This document shows, in pieces, positions 25,245-38,955 of a stretch of 64,000 nucleotides of DNA. The translations under genes were made by a program, and so were the position numbers. Every line of letters starts with the position of its first letter. Position 1 is the stretch's first letter. Origin of the DNA: Adineta vaga (Eukaryota; Animalia; Rotifera); contig CP075497.1 in assembly GCA_021613535.1 (NCBI GenBank), forward strand, positions 5,890,001 to 5,954,000, read 5' to 3'. Under the pieces are notes generated by a model that was given only the letters and a program-made list of their open reading frames with translations, searched no databases and was not told the origin of the DNA.

Positions 25245-28200
25245 ATGTCAATGATGAATAATCAAGGTAAGATGAAAAATTCAATTGATTTCATTGATGT
25301 TTTTTTTTTCGATTAAAGATAATTTAATAGACGATGATTACAAAGGTAAATATATTTTAAAGTTTTACTTTTCTTTCGTATTAATCGTAATTTTTTTTTA
25401 CTAGAACAACAAGAAGAAGAAGAAAAGAAAGTAATAACAAGTGCAAATCAAGGAGGTAAATTTGCATTTACCTTGAATGCACCTACTAAATTCCTTTTTT
25501 TTCTAAAGAAACTTATCCGATCTCAGATAATGAATCAACAACTGATTCAACATCTTTAATCAATACCAATATTATGAAAAATGAAGATCAAGGTAAGTAC
25601 AAAATATGTATATGATTACTAAAGAAAAAACAATCAGATCTTCTGTTACTTGTTCTATTATATAACTATTCTCATCAGAATATAGAATGTTTTATGTTAT
25701 GTATACGCGAATATATTTTAACGTAGTTTCTTACTCACGATTAGCTAACTTTTATTTACTTCTTCTTTCTTCTAATGCTCATCTATTTGTCAATAAACCT
25801 ATTTCGTCCCGACGTCGACTCTCGGTAAATGACAAACATAACTTGTTGTCGTTGTCTATCGTAACTTACATAGTTTTGAACTATTATTCAACGATGGTTG
25901 TGTGCATGTTTCAAACAATAGTTTATCTCTATCTACTGAATTTGATAAATGCACATGTTGAAACATTACATTTTGAAAGTGGCTGTTTGAAAGATTCCAA
26001 TATCATTCAATTACATCTTCGTTGTTCACTTTATGAACATATAAAAATTATTCGTGTTATCTATGGTTATTCAAAACAACGATCTATACATCAATGTCAA
26101 TTTAGTATCTATGATTGTATACAAGAAGGTGCCAGTCGAGATATTCTATCATGTCATGGCAAGCAAACATGTATTATTAATTTGACGAAAAAAGAAATTC
26201 TTTCAACAACAGTAACAACAAAAGGTGTACCTGTTTGTTCAGATTTTAATTATGTACAAGTCAATTTTGGTTGTATACCTGATGCAAATGATATTTGTGA
26301 TAGTTGGAAAGATGTTGGAGCTATTGTTCATTTAAGTCATACACGTTCACGTGATAAACAATTCAATGAATGTCAATGTAAAGTACGATCATCTCTATCC
26401 AATGGACAAGTTCTACTTCAAGCTAAAGAAATCAATCGACAATTTGAAAATTCGGAAGAGTCACGTTCATCGAAATCATCGAATACAGATTGTAAAAAGA
26501 CAACTTATTTAGAAATAGCAACAGATCGTTCCGAACGTAAATGTATGGATAATTTACCATCGAATGGAAATGCTTTATTTGGTTCTGGTTCTCATAATTT
26601 TACTTTAACTTACATTCGAAATGATCCATTTTCAGAATTATTCTTTTTCTTTGAATTAAAAGCAAGTCCTGTAAAAAAAGATCATCATGTTCAAATTGTT
26701 TGTAATTGGGCTAGACGTACAACAACAACAACAATACGTACGACATTACCTATGGCACGTCGACGGAAATTGACAACCATTAGTATGTTACGTGGTGGAC
26801 GATTAAGTCGACTTGATCTCATTCGACATCCATTAGTATCAGAAAATGAAGTCGATAATGTAGAAAATGATCAAGAAACAAATGAATCAACACATGATGC
26901 TGATGACAATTCCATGATGAATAAGGAAGAAGAAGAAGAAAAAGAAAAAGAAAAAGAGGAAGAAGAAAATACAATAGAATCATCAAACAAAAGAAAATTA
27001 TCAACAAAAAAAATCTTACTCGAACTCGTCACAACAACACCAATTTTATCTTTTCCATCGGAAGATGATAATGATGAATGGTCTCGTATTTCATCCATAA
27101 CTGATATTGAATCTCCCGCATCTTCGGAACACTTATTTTCGTCAGATAATCAAACATTACTTAGTTCTGCTCAAGCTTTACTTACACCAGTAGATCAAAC
27201 TTCTCGACAAAAAATCACTACAAAGAAATTTCTTCTTATTCTTATTTTTACTATATTTACAACTCTATTTCTTTTCACTCTCTATTGTCTTAAAGTTAAA
27301 CAACCTACTTTTATTCAACGGTTAAAACTTCATTTCAATGTTGCTTTTCTCTTCTGTTGTGAAGCGAGTAAACTCTTATTTTCTGCACCATCGCATAGTT
27401 CACCTTCAATGTCACGTACATCATCAGGTACAATAACACATCATCACCATCACTCATCACCATTACCAATTGTTGACTATCAATCAAGTGCATATTATAT
27501 GAATGGTACAGCCAATAATTGTCCTACCATACAAAGTATTTATGATTATGATAGTTATGGTGAAAAATCAATTTATAGTATCTATACTGATAATAACATA
27601 TCCGAAGGATCAGAATATACGACGAGATATGATCGATATCAAAGTGGCGATACTTGTTAGGAAAAGAAAATAAAGCATTTTTATTCTTCTTTGTTCATTT
27701 TTACCTTTTATTGTTGCATCTCTTTTCTCTTGTTCATTTCATTCATAATGATAAAAACATTTTGTGTCTTGAGATTTGTTTTTATTTCTATAAGTGCGTG
27801 ATTCATATCAGCAATAAAACGAGTACTATAAATCAATAATTAAACTATTTTGTTTTTATTTTCTTAGACACCATGTCTCAAGATTCGTTGATTAATGATG
27901 ATGATGAACAAAACGATCATAATAATAAGAATGATATTAATGATCCATTACAACAAATCTCTTCAATAATAAGTACTGTTAATTCGAGAATGACTAGTAA
28001 TTATAATTGAAATGAAGTTTCGATTTTGTTATTCTTGAATTTGTTTTTTGTAGTAGGTGCTCGATCTGTTAATCTTGATGAACATATCAAATTCGTAAAA
28101 CAAAAAAAAGAAGAAGCAGATGAATTACGTTTGCAACGTTTCCAAGAACAACTGCGAAAGAAGGAACAAAAATGGTAAGTTATTATTCATAACAACAAAT

Positions 28201-31200
28201 CATCGTATCTGACACCCGAGATGTCTGTTAATAAATTGATTCCTAGTCCGATGATTCACAAAGTAAGAACGCAAAAAAAAACATACAGACAACGAGACAG
28301 AAAGTGCGAACAAAAAACATTCTTGCAAATCATTCATTTTGCGTAGGTTAAAAACGTTGCACACTTGTTGTATTTATTTTTTTTCTCTCCCTCTTTTCAT
28401 ATTGTTGTTATTTTGTTGCTCATTTTCGTATGATTGATTCATTCTCAATACAATCTGTTCTCGCATAGTTATAAGTTTATTCATCGATCGCATACTGTGG
28501 TTATTCCATACATTAGTATGATCTTGACATTTTCTCTTATTTCTTTCTTGGAATTAGACAACGGCACGAAAATACGACTCTTTTTTTTTACATCCAACAG
28601 ACATGTATAATCAAGCGTTAGAGAAAGAGAGAGAAAAAAAACGAGAAAGTGACGATTATCGAAAGCATGTATAAGATGCGTGAGATAGAGAGTATTTTCT
28701 TTTCTTGTTTTGGGTAGGTAGAGTCAGCTGGCTAAGAAAAACACTGTCGTCGTCGTCCTCTCTTTTTTTCAATGATCGATGTCTATTAAATAGAAAGAAG
28801 AAAAAAACCGAGAAGAAGAGGAAAGTTGGATATTGTTGATATGCAAATGGCAGAAGCGAAGAGAAACAAAAAAAACTAGAAGCTTCTCCATTTGCTTATC
28901 GATGAACTGAAATCTCGAATAGAATTTGCTTTGTTTTGTTTTTATCAAGGTTATTCTTTGTGTATTATTAGGCAGCAACAGCAATTAGATCGTGTTAGAA
29001 AGTGGCTACAATTACGCAATCGTGATACTGATCATCGATTACAAGTTGAAGAAAGACGAAAAAAACGTGAAGAGGAAGCCAAAGTATGTTATTTTTTGTT
29101 CTAAAACAATGGGGAATGTTCACTTTTTTCTCTCTCTTTTAAGGCTAAAATTGACGAAATATTACGACGAGAAAAAGAACGAGAACAAAGAACTAATTCA
29201 CAAACAACGGGCAATTTAAGGTAGAGGAAAAGTCGATACTATTCGGTCAATAAAGATGAATGAGATTTACTTCTTTTTTTTCTTTATAGAGGAAATGCAT
29301 CGCACAAATCGGATTCTCTTATGAGTTTGTCTACAGATGTATTATTAACTCGACGAGCTATTTCTGCACCACGCATACGTTCAAAACCAACATATAGTTT
29401 GTTGAAGAAATAAAAAAAGAAGAGTTCGTCTTAAATAGCATTTATTTATTTAATTAGATATGACAAATCGACGGAGATCAAATGATTCTCCAATTACGAC
29501 TTCATCAGAAGAAACCGCTGATAATGCAGCTAGTAAGTTAATCTTATTTTGTTTCTGTTTTGATTATTTTTAAGAAAAAAATATATCCATGTATTATTTT
29601 CGAGAAGATATTTATAAACATTGAATACATCACATTTTTTTTTCTTTTCTCTTCGTGTTTCTTTCTTTCACACACATACACAGACACACTCTCTGTCTCT
29701 CTTTCTGTTCACTTATAGCTGCCATCAGTTCTCATCAGGTTCATGCAGTTGACGGAAATCGATATCATCGATCGCGTCATTCGCATGATGTATCAATGGC
29801 AAATGAAGATAATTCTTTGTCAGGTACACCTCGTTCATCTGCATATACACGAACACGACCGATGCCAGCATCATATGTTTATTGGTTGAATACCGGTGAT
29901 AACAATAATAATCATTCAAATGCCAGTTTTATGCGTTCGACATATGCGGCTACATGTCGATCTCGTCTCAGTCGGAGTGTGGAACGATGTCCTCGAGCTT
30001 GTAGAGGTATTCGCTCGCATTTTCTAAGCTTATTGATATAGTACATGTGTGTATATGACCTTCTTTGTATTGTTTCTGTGCGTGTGTATGTTTACTGCTT
30101 TGCTTTGGTTTGAAGAATGATTTAATCCTCGAAAATTTTTTTTATGCAAATGAATAATCAATATTTCTCTTTATCATTTAGCTCATGAAGAATCCTCAAA
30201 TATTGTCACAACAGGAGCAGGATCAACTAATACAACAGTGACGACGAATGGTGATCATCAACGTCGAGGACAAAGTATTAATCGACAACATTTAGATGAA
30301 ACAATTCGGCGACTTTCCAAACCGAAAAATATTAATATGGTTCAATCAGTTCATGTTGCTACAACAGCATCATCGTCAACGAATGGACTACCTTCTTCAC
30401 ACTCCAGTCATCAAATTCGTCTCGCTACTCCACTTATTACTCCTACAAATAATCATTCAGCGTCATCGCGTGCTTCTTCCAGTACTCGAAAAGTAAGTTT
30501 ATTAACAATTCATCATTCTGCTCTGAAAAAGATCCGTAACTATCAACCATTTATTCTTTTTTCGCAGCATATTTCTTCTCGTCCAGTCACTGCTCCAGCT
30601 CATCCGGTTTCTTCAGTGACTGATTCTGGTACATCAGAAACAGATGATTCTACTGTTCGACAACCATCAAATCGTACTGGTTCTCAGGCAAAACTTCCAC
30701 TTCCTCCATCATCAAAACCTCCAACATCCTTAACTTCATCTTCTTCTCGTTCTAAACCGCCTGTACCACGTTCTGTAATGACAACATCACATTCATCGTC
30801 TACACTATCGTCAGTAACGACAACAAACACTAGTAAACAGAATGTTCGTCGTGTAAATGGTAAATCACCATCGAAACCAAAAACTGAAATTGAACCATCA
30901 TCATCAGCATCATCACCAACTGAACAAAATTCTCAAGCCGATCTAATACCATCTGAACAAATATCTGATGAACAAGTGTTACCAAAAGAAAACATAACTT
31001 CGACTAACGGAGACACTTCAGTCAAGTCCGATGAAGATAATGAACAAACACTGATTGAAATTGAATCGTCAACTCCCTCCATTCTCCCGATAACTAATAA
31101 TACTGTCGTTGAAATAAATAATCCTCCAACAGTTTCTTTAACGAAAAAAGAACAACAAAATCTCGATGAACAAGAATATCAACGTAAATTAAGTCAGAAA

Positions 31201-32221
31201 ATTCGCGAAGCACAACAACGTATGGAACTTGAAAGGCAACGCGAAGAAGAACGAAAACGTCAATTAGAATTCGAAGAATATGAGCGTGAACAAGAACAAA
31301 TACGTATTGCTGAAGAACAACGTCGTGTTGAACAAGAACGTCTGCAACGTGCTATTGAAGAACGTGAACGTGAAAATGAATTAAAACGTCAAGAAGAACA
31401 ACGTTTACAACAACAGCGTGAAGAATTAGAACGAAAACAAGCTGAAGAAGCCGAACGTCTTCAACGTGAAAGACAAGAAAGAGCGAAAAAAGAAGAAGAA
31501 GAACGAAACGAACGAAAAAAACGTTTAGATTTAATTATGCGACGAACAAGACAAGTTTCACCAACTCCAAAAGTAAATATTATTTTGATTTTAATGAATT
31601 ATTTCGTATTTTTGTTATTCATTGTAGCCTGATATTTGTATTAGTAAGACTAATATTGATGAAACAAATGATCAAGATCAACTACAATCAACAATATCTC
31701 ATTCCATTTCTGATAATCGTATTCCAACATCAGTATCAACCGATAATTTTCTTAGTTCTACTACAAACAATAATGAATTAATAACATCTGAAACTCCTAA
31801 GTATAAATTTAACTATCAACGTTCAAACGAATACATTCTTCTTTGCTTTTGTCTATGTCTAGATTCAAATCTCCTTTGATTCAAAGTCTTCTTAATAAAG
31901 CTCGAAATACTCGATCAACAGATAATCTTGCTCAATCAACTATGACAACATCACAGTTGATGACTGAAAGTATGATTGATACAAATCAATCAACACTAGT
32001 GCGAACAGATCTATCTGACAACGATGATGGTGATGATGATGGTACTGAACAACATGATTCAGATATTAACAATACAGTCAATGGTCATAGTGATTCACCG
32101 TAAGTATTCTATATTGATCTTTATATTTATTATTGATTAATATCATAGTTTATCTGCATCGCCCAATCTTAATTCTTATCATGAACATTCAATAGAAACA
32201 GCAACTACTGCTGCTCAGTAA
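25245..32221 (+). CDS. MAP7: MAP7/ensconsin-like microtubule-associated protein (multi-exon)
   Basis: Four small phase-1 exons (25245-25592) splice in frame to 27868. N-terminal coiled coil, S/T/P-rich middle and C-terminal E/R coiled coil ending ERNERKKRLDLIMRRTR (MAP7 signature). Stop at 32219-32221. The 5' exons are less certain. Confidence 0.8.
25894..27660 (+). CDS. Type I membrane protein with SUEL/rhamnose-binding-lectin-like Cys-rich ectodomain, intronless, nested same-strand in the MAP7 intron 25593-27867
   Basis: Signal peptide from Met 25894; LRCSLYEHIKIIRVIYGY...CHGKQTC...YVQVNFGC lectin-like pattern; second Cys-rich domain, T-rich and acidic stalk, TM helix FLLILIFTIFTTLFLFTLYCL and a Tyr-rich tail. 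Confidence 0.8.
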   Translation: MVVCMFQTIVYLYLLNLINAHVETLHFESGCLKDSNIIQLHLRCSLYEHIKIIRVIYGYSKQRSIHQCQFSIYDCIQEGASRDILSCHGKQTCIINLTKKEILSTTVTTKGVPVCSDFNYVQVNFGCIPDANDICDSWKDVGAIVHLSHTRSRDKQFNECQCKVRSSLSNGQVLLQAKEINRQFENSEESRSSKSSNTDCKKTTYLEIATDRSERKCMDNLPSNGNALFGSGSHNFTLTYIRNDPFSELFFFFELKASPVKKDHHVQIVCNWARRTTTTTIRTTLPMARRRKLTTISMLRGGRLSRLDLIRHPLVSENEVDNVENDQETNESTHDADDNSMMNKEEEEEKEKEKEEEENTIESSNKRKLSTKKILLELVTTTPILSFPSEDDNDEWSRISSITDIESPASSEHLFSSDNQTLLSSAQALLTPVDQTSRQKITTKKFLLILIFTIFTTLFLFTLYCLKVKQPTFIQRLKLHFNVAFLFCCEASKLLFSAPSHSSPSMSRTSSGTITHHHHHSSPLPIVDYQSSAYYMNGTANNCPTIQSIYDYDSYGEKSIYSIYTDNNISEGSEYTTRYDRYQSGDTC

Positions 32222-32897
32222 TGATTTCTGTAAGTTTTATTCAAAAGTAAAACTATTATTTGAAGAAAAAATGATTTTCTTATTCAAAGAGTAGCAATAT
32301 AAAGTAGAAAATACAGCAAAACTTCCACTGGCAGAAGAAAATCTAGTCTTATCTGATGAATATCAATTTACTATTTGTTTTTCTTATTTATATCGCTCAA
32401 TAATCTTGCACAGACTGCAACTAATTTGTTTTCTACTATTACAACAAAAGCCATATACTATTTGCAAAATCGATTATCCTATTCTGACATTCTTATAATT
32501 ATTGCTCTTACATTTGTTTTGCTCATATGGCGTTTGTATGTGTGCATGTGTGTGTGTGTTTGCTCGCTCGCTCTTTGTTGTTTTTTCTTTCTCCATGCTT
32601 GATGCCCGTTGTTCTTATTTTTTTTTCTAAATAAAACTTTAAAATACAGAGCAAAATCAGTCAGAAGGAAATTAATTTCATACATCAATATCAATCATAA
32701 ATATATGTGACTTGTATAGACATCTGTCTCTCATGTTTTCTATTACTCATAATCGAGACCATTGAGAAGAATTGCTCGTGATGATGATTCAACAAAATGG
32801 CGACCTGTAGTGATCAATCTCTCGCTCTCGCTCTCTCTCTTTCTCTTTTTTACGAATGAAATATTTTGCTTAGAAACAACACATTATCATTAGATAG

Positions 32898-33642
32898 ATG
32901 GCTACAGCTTTGCGTCGACCTTTACCAACATTGAAAGTTAAAAATGTACCTCCACCTCGATTACCATCTCCAGAAAAAACATCAACAAAATCGAAAGATA
33001 ATCAAAAAAATTTGAATCCATTAGAAAAACGTCTTCTAAATATTCGTTTACATCTTTTACAGAATACAACACGTCGAACACAACCACCGAGTGAACCAAC
33101 ACTCGTCTTTGATACGTTTCTTTATTTAGGCGGTCTGAAATCTCTTAGTAATAAAGTATGTTTGATTTCCCTTATGATAATGCATTCATTTCTTTATCAA
33201 TTAGACTCGTCTGAAACGTCTGAAAATAACTCACATACTTTCTGTGGTATTTATTCCGCCCGCAAAAAATCTCATTCCACCAAATACTAAACATCTGTTT
33301 TTAAAAGCAGATGATAGTGCAGTATTCAAAATGACACCATATTTTGAACAAGCCTGTCAATTTATTGAAGAAGCACGTATAGAAAAAGGTGCTGTACTTG
33401 TTCATTGTGTTTGTGGTGTATCTCGTTCGACAACATTATGTTGTGCTTATCTAATGAAACATCATTCTATGACAATTGAACAAGCATTAGTTCGATTACG
33501 TTCTCAACGACATATAATTCAACCAAATCCTGGTTTTCTGCGACAATTAGTTTTATACGGTGAACGATTATTAGAAGCTGAACAAGCTAATCGTGATAAA
33601 ACAAAAATTGATACAATTACAGAAGAATTAAAGAATATTTAA
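32898..33642 (+). CDS. Atypical dual-specificity phosphatase (2 exons)
   Basis: FLYLGG, VLVHCVCGVSRS (HCx5R), AYLM and IQPNPGFLRQL; intron ~33156-33203. Confidence 0.92.
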
Positions 33643-33733
33643 TTTTATTTCTATTTTTATGTGTCTGCACGAATTGTTTTAGTCAGATTTTGAAGTTTCA
33701 CAATTTATTTTTAGATATTTTTTTTATTGGATT

Positions 33734-35224
33734 ATGGCTTCAGCATCATCAAGTAATAATATTCGATCAGGTTTTCTTGGTAAAACTGGTACTGATGAAG
33801 CACCATTAGATAAAACATTTTATAATATTCTAAACGTATCACCAACAGCAAATGCCACAGAAATCAAACGTGCCTATTATACACTTTCATTACAATATCA
33901 TCCTGATCGAACACAAAATCTTGATGATTTTACACGACGAGAATATGCCGAACGATTTAAACTTATTTCACAAGCATATTGTAGGATAATGATAGAAGAT
34001 TTAAAGATAGCGATAAGATTTTTTTATAGCTATTTTAAGTGATCCAGAAAAACGAATACTCTATAACAGGTAAGTTCACTGTGCTAGTGATTAACTCTTG
34101 ATTTGATCAAATAAAGTTTTGTTTTAATCATCAAGTATACTTAAATCGATTTCTTCTAACTTAGATATGGTAAAGATGAACGTTTAATGAATGATGATTC
34201 AACTGGAATATCCTTAGAAGATTTTGATACAGAAGAATTCTTTCGATTTATGTTTGGTGGTGAAGAATTTCATAGTATTATTGGTGATTTTGAATTAGCC
34301 AAATCATTTAAAAATATAATTAGTGAAATGTTAAAAGATAATGAACAAACACCTGAACAACGAGAAGAACAAAAACTTCAACATTTATTACACAATGAAG
34401 AACGTATTCAAGCACAAGAAGAACGTATTAAACAATTATCAGCTAATCTTATATTAAAATTATCAGTTTTTACTGATAATTATGTTCCTACAAAAAAGGA
34501 ACATCAGAATAGTGAAGCATTGAATCATTTCATAGAAGTAAACCGTGCAGATATACCTAATTTAATACAAGCATCATATGGCGAACATTTATTACAGGCA
34601 GTTGGTTATATTTATTCATCAAGAGCACGTTTTTGGTTAAGTAAAATGGATTCTCAAGAAGGTCATATTGGTAAACGTATATTAGGTTATAGTAGACATG
34701 TTCATTCGTCTTGGAAAGATCGTGCACATACGGTGAAAGAAGCTGTTAAAACAGTGAAATGCGCTGTTCAATGGGGACAATCCATGTCTAAATTGGCAGA
34801 AATTGAAAATAAGGAAGTGGAAAATTTACAAGATGGAGAGAATTCTCAATATCCATTTCGACATCATTCTGGCTATTTAGAATATAATAAATCTACGCCA
34901 TCTGAACCGACTGTAATAGCTTTCGTGTCAGTGAAAGATCAACAACAACAACAACAACAACAACAACTACGTAAATCTTCTGCACAATCAGTTGTACCAT
35001 TAACAGATGAAGAAAAACGCCGACTTGAAGTGAATGCTGCAACAAAATCGATGGAAACTCTTTGGCGTGTAATCAAACTTGAGATTGAAAGTACTGAACG
35101 CGATGTATGCGATCGTGTTTTGAATGATATATCATGTTCACGTGATATTCGTCGATCACGCTGCATTGCTCTTTCAAAACTAGGTGACTTATGGCAAACA
35201 GTGTCTTTAGAAGATTCATCGTAA
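33734..35224 (+). CDS. J-domain protein with DnaJ-X domain (Djp1/Caj1/ATJ10-like; 3 exons), HGT candidate
   Basis: J domain with HPD and FKLISQAY.ILSDPEKR; FFRFMFGGEEF..IIGD; SYGEHLLQAVGYIY; LEIESTERDVCDRVLND..RCIALSKLG. Confidence 0.85.
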
Positions 35225-35369
35225 AGAAAACATTTATTTTTGAATATTTGCGAGAATTTAATGATAAAAGAAATCGAATGCTTTTGATATAAAAGTTTTG
35301 TTTTTAAGAAGGAGAATACAAATGAAATTTTCTCTTTCTTTTCTATATGAAATTCTAGATGCTTTTCCA

Positions 35370-37794
35370 ATGGAGCATCTATCATCAATTGAATTAAATG
35401 ATTTTATAGATTATTCATCATTTGATGAATCAATCAATTTAGAAGAATTTTTCTCCAATAAAAATGATAATCAATTAACATTAACAAAATTATTTGCACT
35501 TTTAAGAACATGGAATAAAACTGTACATAATCATTTTACTAGACTTATTTCCACAGTAAGTAAAAAATCAATATTTGATCACACATCAACAATTTCGTTT
35601 TGTTTCATTTAAGATATTAGGTGCAGAAATTAATATAAACGAATATGATGTAGTAACTGGTATGACTTTACTTCATTTTACATGTAAATTCGGAGCAAAA
35701 CAAATTGGTCATGAAAAAGAAGCAGTACAAATTATGAATGCATTAATAAAAAAAGGTATTGATTTGTCTAGAGAATAATATTTCGGAAGAAAAAACTATT
35801 CATTCATGGCAAAAATTTATTGTAATATATCTTAGGTATTAATCTTTCTGCAAAATGTTTATGGATGCAAATGAATTGTCTTCATTATTGTGCTTTTTTC
35901 GATTCATCATCAATTTGTGAGCTTCTTTTAAAACAACCAGATATCTCACCATGTAAAACTAATTACTATACGTTTCTTCATTGATAATCACATTAAACTT
36001 TTTAGTATTAAATCAAACATGTTCTTCCTTTAAAAATGATACTCCATTACATCTAGCATGTGCTACTTTATCTTTGCCTACGGCACAAATTTTAGTACGA
36101 GCTGGAGCAAATCGACAAATACGTGATGATCAAAAACGAACTGCTGCTGGTTTGTTAATTGGATTTATCTTTCTAATCGAAAATTATTATTGTTTAATTA
36201 GATTGTATTCCCATAGTGAATACGGAGGAACAACAGAAATTAGTAAATACATTACGAATGTTGTTTGATGATCCAATGTCAGAACAACAACAGACACTTC
36301 TACTTGATTCAACAATAAGTAATGAGAAATTCTAATTATTAGTCTTAGATAATAATATGCTCTTCTAGGTTCAGACCATCCAGCAACGAAACAATTTCAA
36401 ATTGGTGAACGAGTGCGTGTTACTAATAATAAAGTAAAAGAAAAGAAAAGAGAAGAGAAGTTCATTTTTATTATTCGTAATATCATTATTGAAATAGATT
36501 GGAACAGTAAAATATTTTGGTGCTGTTCCTTTTGGTGTTAATCTTTGGTATGGAATTGAACTTGATGAACCGACAGGTAAACATGATGGTTGCGTTGGAG
36601 GTACACGTTTCTTCACATGTCCACCGAATAAAGGTAAAATGATCATTGGCAATGTACACATCTTTTCTTACTAAATTACTCATTAGGTATTTTTGTCCAA
36701 CCGGCATTTTTACGAAAATTAACACCAGTACAGCATTCACCGGAACGTGAACGTAAATTTCGTCCAATTAATTTTCCAATACCTGATACCAGTAGTATTT
36801 CAAGTCGTGTTGATACTGGTATAACTATTGTTCATTGAAGAAAAAATATTTCCTAATATTTTGCTTCTTTCATAGGTTTAAAACGAGATAGTTCATCAGA
36901 TAGTCGAACGACAGAACAATATCAAGTTAATGATCGAGTATCTTTGTCAAAAAATCGAAGTGGTACAGTCAGATATGCTGGACCTACACTCTTAGGATCA
37001 GGTATAATCCATCGTTGAATATATACATTTCTATTTAGTTTGAATTATTCTAGGCATTTGGTATGGTGTGGAATTAGATACATCTGATGGTTTACATGAT
37101 GGATGTTTAAATATTGAAGGACAACGTTATTTTCAATGTAAACCGCAGCATGGAATATTTGTACGAAGTCAAACTTTAAAAAAGTATTTTCAATTCGTTT
37201 TTCAATTTCTTGAAATAATATTAATTTAATCTCAAATAGATTAAATGATAATGAACAACGACCACAATCAATGACAAATTCATCCGAATTTCCATCAAAA
37301 CATAACTCAAGAATGATCAATTCAGATTATGACTCAACCAGTAAGAATCAATTTTTGTTTACAAATAAATCTTTTCATAGAGATAGTTCTCATTTAATCT
37401 AGCAATGGCTTCAAGTATCGCTGATGCAGATCCATTCAGTAAATCTATTGATGCAAGGTACAGGGCCTCTCTATCTAAGAAACCTTTTATATTTCCTTTT
37501 GTTTTTAGTATTCTCAGTATGTCGTTTCAGATTGGCGATAAAGTCTATTGTCATAATCATGCCGGTAAATTCTTTCTTCTAAGTTTCTCGTTAATATTCA
37601 TTCACATTGATTTAGCTATCGTTCGTTTTATTGGAACTACATTATTCTCGGATGGCATATGGATTGGTATCGAATTTATCTCACGTGCGATTGGCAAAAA
37701 TGATGGAACTGTTAATGGACGTACCTATTTTCAATGTAAACCAAATCATGGTTTATTTGTTCGACCACGTCGTTTATCATTGACAAAAAGATAA
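35370..37794 (+). CDS. Ankyrin-repeat plus three CAP-Gly domain linker protein (CLIP3/CLIP4-like, multi-exon)
   Basis: MTLLHFTCK, NCLHYCAFF and TPLHLAC ankyrin repeats; three CAP-Gly units (WYGIELDEPTGKHDG, WYGVELDTSDGLHDG, WIGIEF..GKNDG..YFQCKPNHGLFVRP). Start approximate. Confidence 0.9.
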
Positions 37795-37993
37795 TTTATC
37801 CACCATATTCAATTCTCATCTCTTTATCTTCTCAGGAAATATGTAACTGTGATTTAAAATCATTTGCTTTTCTTTTTATGCGTTTGTTTTCAACTGTGAT
37901 ACAAATTTTAGTTAGAATTTTAGCTTCCAAATCCGAATAATTCCATAGTTTTGTTTTGTTTTATTTGTAGACAAGAAAACGATTTTTTTCTAA

Positions 37994-38728
37994 ATGGCAA
38001 AAACACCAACGAGAAATGTTTCAACAGTATTAAACGATCAATTACCGGACAATGATGATCGATGTAAGAAGAAGTTTTATTGGAAATTCTTTCATATTCA
38101 TTTTTATTTAAAGTTGATGATTATTCATCGGAAAATCCATTAGATTTTACGGCAGGCAGTATTCGACCAAATGAACATGCATTTTTTTCTGATGTAACAA
38201 CCATGAAAGAATTAGAAAACGATTTAACTGATTTATTACAACGATTTCGAGAAGGAACATTATTAGCATTTAGTAAGTCAAAAGATACGTTTCGTTAGTG
38301 TGATTTCATTTTCGAATTTAATAGGTCCACAATTTACTTGTACTAAGATGGATACGATTCGTGAAACTCAAGAACAATTAGCAAGATTACATTTCTCATT
38401 AGATAAAGATCTTTCTACCATAAAGTATGATAGAATATATTGTTGTTTTGATTTCCTTCTATGATCTGTTACTTATTCTAGTATCGAATCTGATGAATGT
38501 CAAAAGAAAGCAAACGAAAATATGTCATGTCTAATGCAAAAGGTAAGAATTTTGAAAAATAAATAATCTTCAAATTCACTTTATTCTTTTCATACTTTAG
38601 TTACAAAAACTAACCGAAGAAATGTAAGTTAAATAAATTCTATAAAATCTTAAATATGTTTTTTTTTTGCTAGTGAAAAATTGCCTCAAATGCCTCCCGA
38701 TCATTCAATGAACAGCGGAACTGAATAA
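37994..38728 (+). CDS. CCDC28: CCDC28-family coiled-coil protein (multi-exon)
   Basis: HAFFSDVTTMKELENDLTDLLQRFREGTLLAF, MDTIRELQEQLARLHFSLD, ANENMSCLMQKLQKL. Confidence 0.8.
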
Positions 38729-38955
38729 CGTGTGGAATTTTTTTTTCTGTTAGCTTTTGTAAAATAAAATCTACTTCTTCAAAATAATAACCATTACGTC
38801 AATGTGAATAACATCATTTCGTCATGTTTAGAAAAATATTTGTTATTACACAATTGCTTGGTAATTTTTCTTCATAATCTACCAACTCCAGCAAATATAT
38901 AAAGAACGTGAATATATTTCAAAAAGAACATCAGAGAATTAATATCTTCTTAATC

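Noticed and set aside
25687-25893. 69-aa N-terminal extension of the nested lectin ORF
   Set aside because: The signal peptide begins at Met 25894 (or the next Met); the extension looks like AT-rich upstream sequence.
34939-35388. Minus-strand ORF ending in poly-Cys
   Set aside because: It is the antisense reading of the (caa)n poly-Gln tract in the DnaJ-X gene.
38908-38955. GTG-initiated extension of the RNA ligase, suggesting a bacterial contaminant
   Set aside because: An in-frame ATG at 38956 follows a TATA-like tatataaa (~38896), and the neighbouring upstream gene is a spliced animal gene.
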